DNA from: Rhodospirillales bacterium
GTDB lineage: Bacteria; Pseudomonadota; Alphaproteobacteria; Rhodospirillales; JAPHRK01
NCBI GenBank assembly: GCA_026196105.1
Contig: JAPHRK010000002.1
Location: forward strand, 12,566-76,565
DNA: 64,000 nt
Direction of reading: 5' to 3'
Within the stretch, counting starts at the first letter, position 1, and each line of letters opens with the position of its first letter. Below are positions 9,889 through 20,352 of the stretch, one piece after another. A model generated the notes under the pieces. That model saw only the letters and a program-made list of their open reading frames with translations, was not told the DNA's origin and searched no databases. The position numbers and the translations under genes are program-made.

Positions 9889-10678
9889 GCTCCAACGCCG
9901 GCTGACATATTGCACGTGATGATTCAGCTTGAATAAAATTAACGATCTCCATGACGGGTTCATTATCGTTAAACAATTCAGCTACATCATCTACTCGTTC
10001 ATTGAGGGTTCCTTCGTTGGCAAATAGAAGTCTGTAGGCATTTCGAAGAGCGTGAATAACGTCTCGATCAAAACCACGGCGCTTCAACCCAATAAGGTTA
10101 AGCCCATTTAGGTGAGCCCGGTTGCCATACACTGAACCATAAGGAATGACATCATTCTCAACAGCTGACATACCACCAATCATGGCATGTTTACCAATGC
10201 GAACAAATTGATGGGCCGCTCCGAGGCCGCCAAAAACAACGAAATCATCAATTTCTACATGACCACCTAATGTAGCGTTATTAACCAGAACTACATGATT
10301 GGCAATTTTGCAATCATGACCAACATGAACACCAACCATGAGAAGGCAGTTATTGCCAATTTGTGTCAACATTCCTCCGCCTTCAGTGCCAGGGTTTATG
10401 GTAACATGTTCACGGATAACATTGTTTTCACCGATAACTAACTCTGATGGTTCACCGTTGTACTTCAAGTCTTGAGGTTGGTGACCAATAGAAGAGAACG
10501 GAAAAGCCTTAGTTCCTGCACCAATAGTGGTCCGACCATCAACGGCAACATGTGATAATAGCTCAACATCACCTATGAGCTTAACATTAGGACCAATTAC
10601 GCAATATGGGCCAATAATAGCAGTGTCTGAAACCTCTGCTTGAGGATTGATAATCGCCGTAGGGTGAATATTGGTCAT
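9878..10678 (-). CDS. lpxA: Acyl-ACP--UDP-GlcNAc O-acyltransferase
   Basis: 266 aa with left-handed beta-helix hexapeptide repeats (IHPTAIINPQAEV...). The C-terminal helical domain and cluster context agree. Confidence 0.93.
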   Translation of the reverse strand: MTNIHPTAIINPQAEVSDTAIIGPYCVIGPNVKLIGDVELLSHVAVDGRTTIGAGTKAFPFSSIGHQPQDLKYNGEPSELVIGENNVIREHVTINPGTEGGGMLTQIGNNCLLMVGVHVGHDCKIANHVVLVNNATLGGHVEIDDFVVFGGLGAAHQFVRIGKHAMIGGMSAVENDVIPYGSVYGNRAHLNGLNLIGLKRRGFDRDVIHALRNAYRLLFANEGTLNERVDDVAELFNDNEPVMEIVNFIQAESSRAICQPALEHAG

Positions 10679-11127
10679 TAAGCGTCCCTAATCATGGCCA
10701 TGAAATCGGCCTCAGCAGCTACATTACCATTGACGAGTGCTTTGCCTTCAAATTTCCAAATTTTGCCACGGCTTTGGATTTTTTGAACTTCAATATTTAA
10801 GGTATCACCTGGCAAAACAGGTTTTCTAAACCGAGCTTTGTCTACAGACATGAAGTAAACTAATTTACCTTCTGTCTCTTCCCCTAAGCTATCGACAACA
10901 ACAATAGCTGCTGTTTGGGCCATTGCCTCAATAATAAGCACACCTGGCATTACCGGGTGACCAGGGAAATGTCCCGGAAAGAATGGTTCGTTTACGGTTA
11001 CCGCCTTAATACCAACGGCAGATTCACCTTCGTGAAGGTTCTCTACGCGATCAATTAGCAAAAATGGGTATCTATGCGGGATCATGTTCATGATTTCCGC
11101 TGTATCAAAACTCTTGGCCTCTGCCAT
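10678..11127 (-). CDS. fabZ: 3-hydroxyacyl-ACP dehydratase
   Basis: Hot-dog fold motif [16 protein letters not shown]; 149 aa. Confidence 0.95.
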   Translation of the reverse strand: MAEAKSFDTAEIMNMIPHRYPFLLIDRVENLHEGESAVGIKAVTVNEPFFPGHFPGHPVMPGVLIIEAMAQTAAIVVVDSLGEETEGKLVYFMSVDKARFRKPVLPGDTLNIEVQKIQSRGKIWKFEGKALVNGNVAAEADFMAMIRDA

Positions 11128-11136
11128 ATTTCCTCT

Positions 11137-12174
11137 CTATTTATCTTCTAAGGTCTTACGACCCTTCTTAACAGCCATCGACAAAATAGCTGCACCTTTC
11201 ATCCAACTTTTCATAGGTTGGGCAGGATACCCGCCAACAACCTGGCCAGCAGCAATATTTCCAATAACACCGCTCTGTGCAGCTATTTGTACTCCTGAAC
11301 CAATTTCCAAATGACCTGCGACCCCAGATTGCCCACCCATAACAACAAAGTCACCTAACTTTGTACTTCCTGCAATTCCTACTTGGGCTGTAATGACACA
11401 ACCTTTACCAATTTGAACGTTATGAGCAATTTGAACAAGATTGTCGATTTTAGTACCAGCACCAACAATTGTATCGGGACCAGACCCCCGATCAATAGTT
11501 GTATTCGCGCCTAGAGCAACATCATCATTAATGATCACTCGACCAAGTTGCGGAACAGATTCATGACCTTGTGGTGACATAGCGTATCCAAACCCATCTT
11601 GGCCAATGCGCACACCAGGATTTATCAAAACACGAGAACCAATTAAACAATATCCCAAGGTAACATTTGATGTAATAATCGTATCATCACCGATCGTTAC
11701 GCCTCTTCCAATTGTTGAATTAGGACCTATTTCACATCGATCACCGATGACAACATTTGGGCCAATGTATGTCCCAGGACCAACGATGCTATCCACACCA
11801 ATTTTGGCGGAGGGGTCAATTAAAGGGCCATTGGCTCGATAAGAAAGTGTATGTTTCTGAGGATAGAAGGCTTTAGCTACTTTGGCGTAAGCTCTATAAG
11901 GATCATCACAAACGAAAAGACAGGTACCTTCTGGAGCAATATCGACAAACGATTTACGTACGAGAACAGCCCCTGAGTTGGTTTGCTCAAATTGATTTTT
12001 GTACTTTTTATTATCAAAAAAACTGATATGTGATGAATCAGCCTTATTTAAAGGTGCAACATCTTCAATTTTATCATTGGCATGCTCCTTTTGAAGGAGT
12101 TCAGAGCCAGAAATGTCTACTAATTCAGATAAAGTATATGGGCCAGATCGCTCATAAAAACGTGGATCAGCCAT
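11137..12174 (-). CDS. lpxD: UDP-3-O-acylglucosamine N-acyltransferase
   Basis: 345 aa with extended hexapeptide repeats. Position between skp and fabZ. Confidence 0.93.
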   Translation of the reverse strand: MADPRFYERSGPYTLSELVDISGSELLQKEHANDKIEDVAPLNKADSSHISFFDNKKYKNQFEQTNSGAVLVRKSFVDIAPEGTCLFVCDDPYRAYAKVAKAFYPQKHTLSYRANGPLIDPSAKIGVDSIVGPGTYIGPNVVIGDRCEIGPNSTIGRGVTIGDDTIITSNVTLGYCLIGSRVLINPGVRIGQDGFGYAMSPQGHESVPQLGRVIINDDVALGANTTIDRGSGPDTIVGAGTKIDNLVQIAHNVQIGKGCVITAQVGIAGSTKLGDFVVMGGQSGVAGHLEIGSGVQIAAQSGVIGNIAAGQVVGGYPAQPMKSWMKGAAILSMAVKKGRKTLEDK

Positions 12175-12177
12175 ATT

Positions 12178-12750
12178 TTATTTAGCACCTTTTACTTTAG
12201 GAAAAACTTCTACAGCAGGAAGAATTGCATTTAACTCTTTGATGACAACTGGTGTAATATTCAGGCGTTGATGGGTAAAAACCGTCAATTCTTTTCGTAA
12301 AAGCAGAGTGATTTTATTGTCTTCGACAATCTTTGTTATTACTTTTTTCAAAGAGGCGCTGACTTTATCCATTGCAGCAACACGCGCTTTTTCCAAAGAG
12401 TTCTTACGTGTTTGAATTTTCTTCTGAGCAGCAACAAATTTTTGTTCGAATTTTGCCCGTTCTTTTTTGAAAGCTTCTGGAGAAAGTATAGCTCTTTGAC
12501 GTGCCAATTCCTGTTGGCCATCCCTCAATTTATTTTCTTCTTGCTGCATTTCCGTTTGGTAAATTTTTCTTTTCGCGTTCATTTGTTCAGCAATGCTTTT
12601 AGGTGCTGATGCCGTAGCCAAAATATGCCCCATATCAACGACAGCAATAACTAACTGTGCTTTTTCTTGTGCGTGAGAAGGCAAAATAAAAGAAAAAAGA
12701 CCTAAGCAAATAACGGCCAAACGGATAGAATTTTTAACTGCACTATGCAT
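12178..12750 (-). CDS. skp: OmpH/Skp-family periplasmic chaperone
   Basis: Signal peptide (MHSAVKNSIRLAVICLGLFSFILPSHAQ), then a Lys/Glu/Gln-rich coiled coil. Position between bamA and lpxD. ATG at 12750 avoids overlap with bamA; the track start at 12801 is an extension. Confidence 0.8.
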   Translation of the reverse strand: MHSAVKNSIRLAVICLGLFSFILPSHAQEKAQLVIAVVDMGHILATASAPKSIAEQMNAKRKIYQTEMQQEENKLRDGQQELARQRAILSPEAFKKERAKFEQKFVAAQKKIQTRKNSLEKARVAAMDKVSASLKKVITKIVEDNKITLLLRKELTVFTHQRLNITPVVIKELNAILPAVEVFPKVKGAK

Positions 12751-12754
12751 TGAG

Positions 12755-15028
12755 TTAGAACCTTGTTCCAAAATTAACACGAACTCTTTCAATTTTATCA
12801 AATTCCTCTTTCATTACAGGTGTCGCAATATCAATACCAATTGGTCCAAATGGGGAGACCCAAGCTACGCCAGTTCCAAGAGATGCTCGAAGAGATTGAG
12901 TGTCAGAAATATTAGCTCCACTCTGGGCTAATTTGCCAGAACTACCAATATCAGCAAAAACATGTCCCGTGATATCGTATTCTCCAGGGAGGCCAAGAGG
13001 AAAGCTAAGTTGTGCTGATGATAAATATCTCCATTCACCACCCAATGAATCATCTGTCGAAATATCGCGTGGACCAACTCCAGAATTAGCAAATCCTCTT
13101 AAATTATCACCACCAATAAAAAATCTATTACTCAGTTTAACGTCTTGGCCTATACCCGCAATATGCCCTAAGCTACCGGATAAAGATAAAATTAAATCAT
13201 CGACGACAGAATAATAGTATTTTGCAGACATAGAATTTCTAAAAAATTTGTCATCTCCTCCAAGCCCAGCAAGATCATTATTTAAGGAGGCTACATAACC
13301 TTCAGTCGGTTTTGTTGCATTATCTCTTTTGTCGTAAAAAAGTGAGTGTGAAACCATTGAAAGAAGAGTGGTTCCGGCTTGGCTTAAAACATAAACAGAA
13401 GCATCTGTATCTACATTTTCAATGGTGCTTTGTTTCAATGTATATGACCAACCTTGGCGAAGCTCTTCCGTAACTGGATAGCCAATCCTCAAATTTGTTC
13501 CTGTTTCTTCGCTATCGTATGATGAGCTATCCTGCAAGTCGGATTTAGTATTAAACAAATCAAAGCCAGCACTTATTTCACGATCTAAAAAATATGGTTC
13601 CGTGAAAGAAAAATCCAACTGGCTTTGTTTTGAGGCGATCGTAGCTGAAAGATTAATTTCCTGCCCCTTACCAAGCAGGTTTTTCTCTGAAATTCCAATA
13701 TCAACAAGCGCTCCATTTTGGGTGGAATATCCAGCACCTAGGGATAAAGAACCCGTTGATTTTTCTGCGACTTCAACTGAAACCACCGTTTTATCTGGTG
13801 CAGAACCTGGGACCTGCTGAACACTTACTTTTTCAAAAAAACCTAATCCCTCAATACGCTGTTTTGATCTACGCAAACGGGCCGAGTTAAAAGCATCCCC
13901 TTCAACAAGTTTAAATTCTCTACGGACCACTTCGTCTTCTGTTCTAGAATTTCCTTTGATTTCAATTCTTTCAACAAATACTCTAGGGCCTTCACCAACT
14001 TCAAAAACAATATCTACTTTATTATTTTTTCTATCTCTTATTGTACGAGGTCGAACATCAACAAAAGCATACCCTTTGTTGCCAACAACATTGGTTAAAT
14101 CTTGAATAGTGTCGTCGACATCTTCTGCGCTATACCAATCTCCTGGTTCAATTTCGACAACTGCTTTTAAGTTTTCTTCAGTTAAATCTTTAAGACCAAC
14201 AACATAATCAACCTTACCTACTTTATATCTGTTTCCTTCTTCAATCGTATAGGTGAGGAAAAAGTTTTCTTTATTTGGGGTAAGTTCAGCTACAGCAGAG
14301 ATCACTCTAAAATCAGCATAGCCTTCATTTATATAGAAACGTCTTAAGACTTCACGATCAAATGTAATTCGATCTGGATCATACTTATCGTCAGAAGAAA
14401 ACAAGCGGAACCACCTTGTTTCTTTTGTTTGAATCACATCCTTCAATTTACCATCACTGAAGTCACGATTACCGATGAAGCGAATACTATTAATTTCAGT
14501 AACGGCTCCTTCATTGATCTCAAACACGAGATCAACTCTGTTTTCTTTAAGTTGAATGACTTTTGGTTCGACAGTTGCAGCAAATCGACCACTTTGGCGA
14601 TATAGGGTCAAAATACGCTTTACGTCATTTTGTACTTTTGTTCTTGTATAGATAACGCGGGGCTTTAAAGTTGTTTCGGATTCCAACAACTCATCATCAA
14701 TTTTTTGATTACCCTCAAAAGCAATTTGGTTAATGATTGGGTTCTCAACAACATTAACAATCAAATTTCCATCTTGCCGGTTGATAGATACATCTGCAAA
14801 AAGGCCTGTCGCAAATAAAGATTTGAGCGAACGATCAAGGCGTTCCCTAGTAAAGGTGTCGCCTGGCTGTATGATCATATATGATCTGACAGTATCAGGA
14901 TCAATCCGCTGCACACCTTCAACAATAACATCACGAACAACGCCCCCCGTTTGCGCATGGGAATCTGTCGAGGCTGCGAATAGAAACACGCCTAATAAAA
15001 TATAAATAATATTTTTCAAACTACGCAA
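12755..15028 (-). CDS. bamA: Outer-membrane protein assembly factor BamA
   Basis: 757 aa with a signal peptide, POTRA-repeat region and a C-terminal beta-barrel ending in the beta-signal ...VRVNFGTRF. Confidence 0.95.
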   Translation of the reverse strand: MRSLKNIIYILLGVFLFAASTDSHAQTGGVVRDVIVEGVQRIDPDTVRSYMIIQPGDTFTRERLDRSLKSLFATGLFADVSINRQDGNLIVNVVENPIINQIAFEGNQKIDDELLESETTLKPRVIYTRTKVQNDVKRILTLYRQSGRFAATVEPKVIQLKENRVDLVFEINEGAVTEINSIRFIGNRDFSDGKLKDVIQTKETRWFRLFSSDDKYDPDRITFDREVLRRFYINEGYADFRVISAVAELTPNKENFFLTYTIEEGNRYKVGKVDYVVGLKDLTEENLKAVVEIEPGDWYSAEDVDDTIQDLTNVVGNKGYAFVDVRPRTIRDRKNNKVDIVFEVGEGPRVFVERIEIKGNSRTEDEVVRREFKLVEGDAFNSARLRRSKQRIEGLGFFEKVSVQQVPGSAPDKTVVSVEVAEKSTGSLSLGAGYSTQNGALVDIGISEKNLLGKGQEINLSATIASKQSQLDFSFTEPYFLDREISAGFDLFNTKSDLQDSSSYDSEETGTNLRIGYPVTEELRQGWSYTLKQSTIENVDTDASVYVLSQAGTTLLSMVSHSLFYDKRDNATKPTEGYVASLNNDLAGLGGDDKFFRNSMSAKYYYSVVDDLILSLSGSLGHIAGIGQDVKLSNRFFIGGDNLRGFANSGVGPRDISTDDSLGGEWRYLSSAQLSFPLGLPGEYDITGHVFADIGSSGKLAQSGANISDTQSLRASLGTGVAWVSPFGPIGIDIATPVMKEEFDKIERVRVNFGTRF

Positions 15029-15048
15029 AACAACAATGCCCCCAAGCC

Positions 15049-16176
15049 TTAGGTCACAAGGTTAATAAGGAACTCAAATACCTTAAAATGTGCCAAGTCG
15101 TTAATCGTCGCAAACAGCATTAAAGCCAATACCAAAAATAGCCCAACACGGAAACCATATTCTTGTGCACGCTCCCCAAGGGGCTTGCCTCGAACAGCTT
15201 CAATTGCATAAAAAACCAAATGTCCACCATCAAGCATAGGTATTGGGAAAAGATTAATCAGAAACAGATTTATGGAAAAAACCGCAATAAAATTAAGTAG
15301 ATTTACAAATCCACCTTGAGCAACTTCACCAGATAACTGAGCTATCCTAAGAGGGCCGCCAATATCTTCACTCCCCCTTTTCCCAGTTATCATTTCGCCA
15401 ATGCCACTAAGGATTTTACCAGTAATCACAAAACTATGGGTGACCCCTTTCCACATAGATTCAACAACACCTGTCTCAATAATCTCAACCTGTTTAGGAT
15501 CAGGACGCACACCGAGCATGCCTCTGCTTGAGTCATCCTTGTGTGGTTTAGGAGTTGCTTTAAGAACGATAGTTTTCTCAAGTCGAATGACATCAAAGGT
15601 CAATTCAACACTCGGTTTAACGCTAACAATATCTCTTAATTCAACAAAATGGTTAACTTTCTTGCCATCAACAGCAACAATTCGGTCACCTTGTTTAAAA
15701 CCGCCTTCATAAGCGGCACTACCTTCAACAACCCCCCCAATACCCGCTAAAGGCACAGCGTTGTCCGTAAAATTAAAAAGGCCCGCGAAAATAACAACCG
15801 CAAAAAGGAAGTTAGCTGCAGGGCCAGCAAAGACGACCGCCGTCCTCTGACCTAACGTTTTGTGAGAAAATGATCGGGCCTTGTCATCATCTGAAAGTTT
15901 CTTTTCCGTGCCATCGGCATCTTCAGTATCTTCAATGTCCCCTTGCCCAAACATTTTGACGTAACCGCCCATGGGGACCGCACTTATTTTCCAGCGCGTA
16001 TCTTTTGAGTCATTCCAGCCGAAAAGCTCTGGGCCAAATCCAATAGAGAACACTTCAACGCGCACGCCATTGCGCCGAGCAATAGCGTAGTGCCCAAGTT
16101 CATGCACAAAGACGAGAACTGTGAGGACAAAAATAAAGGGAATAACGTATTCCCAGATTATCGTAATAGTTTCCAT
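15049..16176 (-). CDS. rseP: RIP zinc metalloprotease RseP (site-2 protease, M50)
   Basis: HELGHY zinc motif in TM1, a central PDZ region and a C-terminal LDGG motif (PIPMLDGGHL). Confidence 0.92.
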   Translation of the reverse strand: METITIIWEYVIPFIFVLTVLVFVHELGHYAIARRNGVRVEVFSIGFGPELFGWNDSKDTRWKISAVPMGGYVKMFGQGDIEDTEDADGTEKKLSDDDKARSFSHKTLGQRTAVVFAGPAANFLFAVVIFAGLFNFTDNAVPLAGIGGVVEGSAAYEGGFKQGDRIVAVDGKKVNHFVELRDIVSVKPSVELTFDVIRLEKTIVLKATPKPHKDDSSRGMLGVRPDPKQVEIIETGVVESMWKGVTHSFVITGKILSGIGEMITGKRGSEDIGGPLRIAQLSGEVAQGGFVNLLNFIAVFSINLFLINLFPIPMLDGGHLVFYAIEAVRGKPLGERAQEYGFRVGLFLVLALMLFATINDLAHFKVFEFLINLVT

Positions 16177-16197
16177 AATGATGAAATTCTTATTTAC

Positions 16198-17364
16198 CTA
16201 AAGAGTTTGAGAAAATTGATCTGCGATACCTTCGGCTATTCTTCGAGCTTCTGCATCCAGGTCAAATACCTCACTAATACTTTGTGGCTTAATTAAGGGA
16301 GTGATTCCCATGGTTTTTTCGACAATACGTGCAATATCAAGAAAGCCTATTTCTTCTCGTAAAAACCTACCGACTGAAATTTCGTTTGCTGCATTGAGTA
16401 TAGTAGGTGCACCGCCGCCAATTTGCAAGGCATTGCGTGCGAGTTTTAAGGCGGGAAACCTTGTTGAATCAGGGGCTTCAAAGCTTAAATCATTTTTTTC
16501 CCATAGATTTAATCGTTGTCCAGGAGTTTTCATTCTATCCGGCCAGGCAAGAGCGTATGCTATGGGTATTTTCATATCTGGCGTTCCCATTTGGCAGAGG
16601 ACTGACCCATCTATGTAAGACACAAGGCTATGAACGACCGATTGAGGATGAACAATAATTTCAATTTGGTCTTCTGTAACTGGGAATAAGTGGTAGGCTT
16701 CGATAAGTTCCAACCCTTTATTCATCATGGTCGCAGAATCAACAGAGATTTTTTGCCCCATATCCCAATTGGGGTGTGCAATTGCCTGTTTAGGAGTAAC
16801 ATTTTCCATATCAGCATATGTAAAATCCCTAAAAGGCCCTCCAGAAGCTGTTAGGATAATTTTATCGATCCGTTTTGGGTGATCAAAATCAAGCACTTGA
16901 AATATCGCATTATGTTCTGAATCTACAGGTAGAAGTGTTGCCCCACTCTCTTTGACCTTCTCCATCATTAACTCACCAGCACAAACGAGACTTTCTTTGT
17001 TGGCTAATCCAACGGTATATCCCTGCTCAACTGCTGCTAAAGTTGACTTGAGCCCTGCTGCGCCAACGATTGCCGCCATGACCCAATCAGTATCTCTTTT
17101 TGCCGCTTCTATAACGGCATCTGGGCCCGCTGCGATTTCTATCCCAGTACCAGATAAGGCACCTTTTAATTCTTTATAGAGCTCAATATTAGCTGTAACA
17201 GCGAGTTCTGGCTTGTACTTCTTTGCTTGCTCAGCAAGGAGTTGAATATTCCCATTAGCCGTTAGAGCAACAATTTCAAATTTTTCAGGGGCACTTTCAA
17301 TAAGTTCCATAGTACTACAGCCAACAGAACCTGTAGAACCAAGGATGGAAACCCGTTTAGCCAT
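16198..17364 (-). CDS. dxr: 1-deoxy-D-xylulose-5-phosphate reductoisomerase
   Basis: N-terminal ILGSTGSVG NADPH motif; 388 aa; cluster context. Confidence 0.95.
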   Translation of the reverse strand: MAKRVSILGSTGSVGCSTMELIESAPEKFEIVALTANGNIQLLAEQAKKYKPELAVTANIELYKELKGALSGTGIEIAAGPDAVIEAAKRDTDWVMAAIVGAAGLKSTLAAVEQGYTVGLANKESLVCAGELMMEKVKESGATLLPVDSEHNAIFQVLDFDHPKRIDKIILTASGGPFRDFTYADMENVTPKQAIAHPNWDMGQKISVDSATMMNKGLELIEAYHLFPVTEDQIEIIVHPQSVVHSLVSYIDGSVLCQMGTPDMKIPIAYALAWPDRMKTPGQRLNLWEKNDLSFEAPDSTRFPALKLARNALQIGGGAPTILNAANEISVGRFLREEIGFLDIARIVEKTMGITPLIKPQSISEVFDLDAEARRIAEGIADQFSQTL

Positions 17365-18164
17365 TAGGAAAGCAGCCCTGTGTCAAAAGATAAAAGAACA
17401 GCAGCGACAATGGCGACAGGAAGCAAACCATCTACCCGATCTAGAATACCACCATGCCCCGGGATCAAGTTGCTTGAATCTTTCACACCAAATTTTCGTT
17501 TAACACCTGATTCAAAAAAATCTCCAACTTGGGCAATGACAGCAAGAAAACCACTAATTGTGACGAATAAAATTAAATTTCCTACAGGTAGGTAATAAGA
17601 AGCAGCATAACCAATCAATGCAGCACAAATCATTCCCCCAATAAGACCAGCCCAGGTCTTTTTTGGGCTAACAGAGGGCATGACTTTAGGGCCACCGATA
17701 GTACGACCAAAAGCATAAGCACCCACATCAGTCGCCCAAACAACAAAAACCAACCAGAAAATCAATTCCAGACCCAACTTTGGATCTTGCCGAATAAAAA
17801 TAAGGGCAAGAATTGGGAGCGCGATATATAGATTACCAATGCCAAACCAAAACGCCCTTTTGCCTAGCTGTTTGAACAACAATCCATAAACAACCCCTCC
17901 CCCGACAACAGCGACAGCGAGTCCTGCTAGGTGAGAAATGCCATAGAAAGCCCCAAGGGAAGCGACAACGAAGATCGATAGCACTATTCCAGGAGCGCCG
18001 AACTTGCCATCCCCAACCATTCGAGACCATTCCCAAGCCATAAGGAAAGAGATAATCAAAGCTAGAATATCAAAATATGGAAAGCCAACATATAAAGCCG
18101 CAATAACTGGCGGAGCTAAAACAATTGCCGAAATAAAACGTGCTGTTAATCCATTTTTTTTCAC
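17364..18164 (-). CDS. cdsA: Phosphatidate cytidylyltransferase
   Basis: Signature SGVKRKFGVKDSSNLIPGHGGILDRVD. I prefer GTG at 18164 (MKKNGLTARFISAIVLAPPV), 4 nt after the uppS stop. The longest ORF starts at TTG 18218 and would overlap uppS by 50 nt. Confidence 0.9.
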   Translation of the reverse strand: MKKNGLTARFISAIVLAPPVIAALYVGFPYFDILALIISFLMAWEWSRMVGDGKFGAPGIVLSIFVVASLGAFYGISHLAGLAVAVVGGGVVYGLLFKQLGKRAFWFGIGNLYIALPILALIFIRQDPKLGLELIFWLVFVVWATDVGAYAFGRTIGGPKVMPSVSPKKTWAGLIGGMICAALIGYAASYYLPVGNLILFVTISGFLAVIAQVGDFFESGVKRKFGVKDSSNLIPGHGGILDRVDGLLPVAIVAAVLLSFDTGLLS

Positions 18165-18168
18165 TGGA

Positions 18169-18903
18169 TTAGCTACCAACCGCGCCAAACCGACGTTCGC
18201 GTTTCTGGAAAGTACCAACGGCTTCAGCTAATTGATTTTTATCGAAATCAGGCCAAAGGGTGTCAACAAAGACAAACTCTGAATAGGCGGTTTGCCAAAG
18301 GAGGAAATTACTAATCCTCTTCTCCCCACTCGTTCTGATCAAGAGGTCTGGGTTGGGAAGATCAGATGTTGAAAGCTTTTCTGCCAACTTTTCTTCAGTG
18401 ACTTGTTCAGGTGAAATAAGTCCAGATGCAACATCTTGAGCTAATAACTTAGCTGCATGAGTTATATCTGCATGTCCTCCATAGCTCAAAGCAATGGTCA
18501 GTTGTAGGCCTTGGTTTAATTGTGTGAGGTTCTCACCTTTTTCAATGAGCTTAACGATATCCTGAGAAAGCTTAGTCCTGTCTCCAATAATCCGAAACCG
18601 AATATTTTTTTTATGAAGTGTCGTAATCTCACGCTGAAGATAGAATCTCAATAACCCCATAAGATCAGATACTTCTGACTCTGGTCTTTTCCAGTTTTCA
18701 GAGGAAAAACCAAACAAGGTTAGATATTGGATACCCATTTCTGCAGCACCTTCAACGGTTTCCCGAACAGCATCAACACCTTTTTTGTGTCCTGCCGTGC
18801 GTGGCAACCCTCTATCATTTGCCCAACGTCCATTACCATCCATAATGATGGCAACATGAACGGGCATAGTGTCTGTGTCGAGTTGTGCAGAAAGAGCTTC
18901 CAT
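18169..18903 (-). CDS. uppS: Undecaprenyl-diphosphate synthase
   Basis: HVAIIMDGNGRWA motif; 244 aa. Confidence 0.95.
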   Translation of the reverse strand: MEALSAQLDTDTMPVHVAIIMDGNGRWANDRGLPRTAGHKKGVDAVRETVEGAAEMGIQYLTLFGFSSENWKRPESEVSDLMGLLRFYLQREITTLHKKNIRFRIIGDRTKLSQDIVKLIEKGENLTQLNQGLQLTIALSYGGHADITHAAKLLAQDVASGLISPEQVTEEKLAEKLSTSDLPNPDLLIRTSGEKRISNFLLWQTAYSEFVFVDTLWPDFDKNQLAEAVGTFQKRERRFGAVGS

Positions 18904-18906
18904 AAA

Positions 18907-19476
18907 TTAAACCTGCATGATCTCTTGTTCTTTATTTTCCAGGGCTGTATCGATTTCTTTAATAGATTCATCAGTTAACTTCTGAATCTCGACATTATAG
19001 TCACGATGTTCATCTTCAGAAATTTTACCGTCTTTTTCAGCTTTTTTCAGATCATCCATTCCGTGACGACGCACATTACGAACCGCAATCCGAGCTTCTT
19101 CAGCATAACGCCCGGCAACTTTTGTTAATTCTTTACGCCGTTCTTCGTTAAGTGCTGGAATAGGAACCCGCACAAGCTGTCCATCGCTAGAAGGATTAAG
19201 CCCAAGGTCAGAATCACGAATTGCTTTCTCAACAGCCTTGATCAAGCTTTTATCCCAAACTTGAACTGTGAGCATACGTGGTTCAGGAACACCAATTGTG
19301 CCGACTTGTGCCATTGGCATGGGGCTTCCATAAGCCTCTACCGTAAGCGGTTCTAACAAACTGGTTGCTGCACGCCCTGTCCGCAGGCCCTGAAATTCTT
19401 TATGAAGAACCTCAACAGCCCCTTCCATGCGCCGATGAATTTCTCTTTTCTCAGTTGCGATACTGAAATCACCCAT
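18907..19476 (-). CDS. frr: Ribosome recycling factor
   Basis: 189 aa, ...[16 protein letters not shown]...; position pyrH-frr-uppS. Confidence 0.95.
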   Translation of the reverse strand: MGDFSIATEKREIHRRMEGAVEVLHKEFQGLRTGRAATSLLEPLTVEAYGSPMPMAQVGTIGVPEPRMLTVQVWDKSLIKAVEKAIRDSDLGLNPSSDGQLVRVPIPALNEERRKELTKVAGRYAEEARIAVRNVRRHGMDDLKKAEKDGKISEDEHRDYNVEIQKLTDESIKEIDTALENKEQEIMQV

Positions 19477-19479
19477 ACC

Positions 19480-20205
19480 TTATACCCCTCCATCGATTTT
19501 CGTAAAGCGCCCTTCCCCCTTAACAACTTTGGCAAAAGAGCCTTCGTCCGTTAAAGAGAACACTAAAATTGGTATATCATTTTCTCGTGCCAAAGCAATC
19601 GCACTGGCATCCATTACTTTTAAATCGTTAGCCAGAACTTCTCTATAACCAAGTCGTTCATATCTTTTAGCATCTGGATTCTTTTTTGGATCTGAATCAT
19701 AGACACCATCAACCTGTGTCCCTTTAATCAGTGCATCGCAACCCATTTCCACAGACCTAAGGGCTGCCGCTGTATCCGTTGTGAAGAATGGATTACCTGT
19801 TCCCGCTGCAAAAATTACGATCCGGCCTTTTTGTAAATGTCGTTCTGCACGACGGCGGATAAAGGGCTCACAAACTGTCGGCATCGGAATAGCAGACTGA
19901 ACTCGGGTTTCAATACCGAATTGTTCTAAAACACTTTGCATCGCTAAGGCATTCATTACAGTTGCCAGCATGCCCATATAGTCAGCACTGGTTCTTTCCA
20001 CACCCGCTGCCACGCCTGAAATACCTCTAAAGATATTTCCACCGCCAATAACGAGGCAAATTTCAACACCAAGTTCGCCTACGGCCTTAATTTCTTTTGC
20101 AATTCTTTCAACGGTTTTCGGCTCAATGCCGTAATCCCCCTCACCCATAAGGCCTTCACCAGAGAGCTTAAGAAGTACGCGGCGGTATTGAATTTTTTCA
20201 GACAT
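19480..20205 (-). CDS. pyrH: UMP kinase
   Basis: [11 protein letters not shown]...GGGNIFRG motifs. ATG at 20205 has an AAGGA Shine-Dalgarno 6 nt upstream; the track start at 20226 adds 7 aa. Confidence 0.95.
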   Translation of the reverse strand: MSEKIQYRRVLLKLSGEGLMGEGDYGIEPKTVERIAKEIKAVGELGVEICLVIGGGNIFRGISGVAAGVERTSADYMGMLATVMNALAMQSVLEQFGIETRVQSAIPMPTVCEPFIRRRAERHLQKGRIVIFAAGTGNPFFTTDTAAALRSVEMGCDALIKGTQVDGVYDSDPKKNPDAKRYERLGYREVLANDLKVMDASAIALARENDIPILVFSLTDEGSFAKVVKGEGRFTKIDGGV

Positions 20206-20263
20206 ATCTATCCTTGGAGCATTCATTATGAGCTAGGTTTTAAAAATGCCTGCCATAGATAGC

Positions 20264-20323
20264 AATAGGGCGGAAGAAATGCCAGACCGGAAATCCAATC
20301 TATAGCATTATCTCCCGCCCTAT
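20264..20323. other. Long imperfect inverted repeat (about 19-bp arms, 21-nt loop) in the tsf-pyrH spacer
   Basis: Left arm AATAGGGCGGAAGAAATGC (20264-20282). Right arm GCATTATCTCCCGCCCTATT (20304-20323), whose reverse complement is AATAGGGCGGGAGATAATGC. No adjacent T-run on either strand. Confidence 0.55.
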
Positions 20324-20352
20324 TAAAATTAAGCGGTGTTTAAAGAGTTAAG

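Noticed and set aside
9257-9919. A 220-aa plus-strand ORF. Similar long antisense ORFs occur at 46303-47100, 35253-35819, 47209-47715, 23842-24234, 24966-25406, 20882-21274, 2646-3005, 3717-4070 and 39002-39424.
   Set aside because: All lie entirely antisense to strongly supported housekeeping genes (lpxI, nuoF, coaX, dnaE, tsf, comEC, nuoM). Their low-complexity Ser/Pro/Thr/Arg-rich translations carry no motifs, so they are shadow ORFs.
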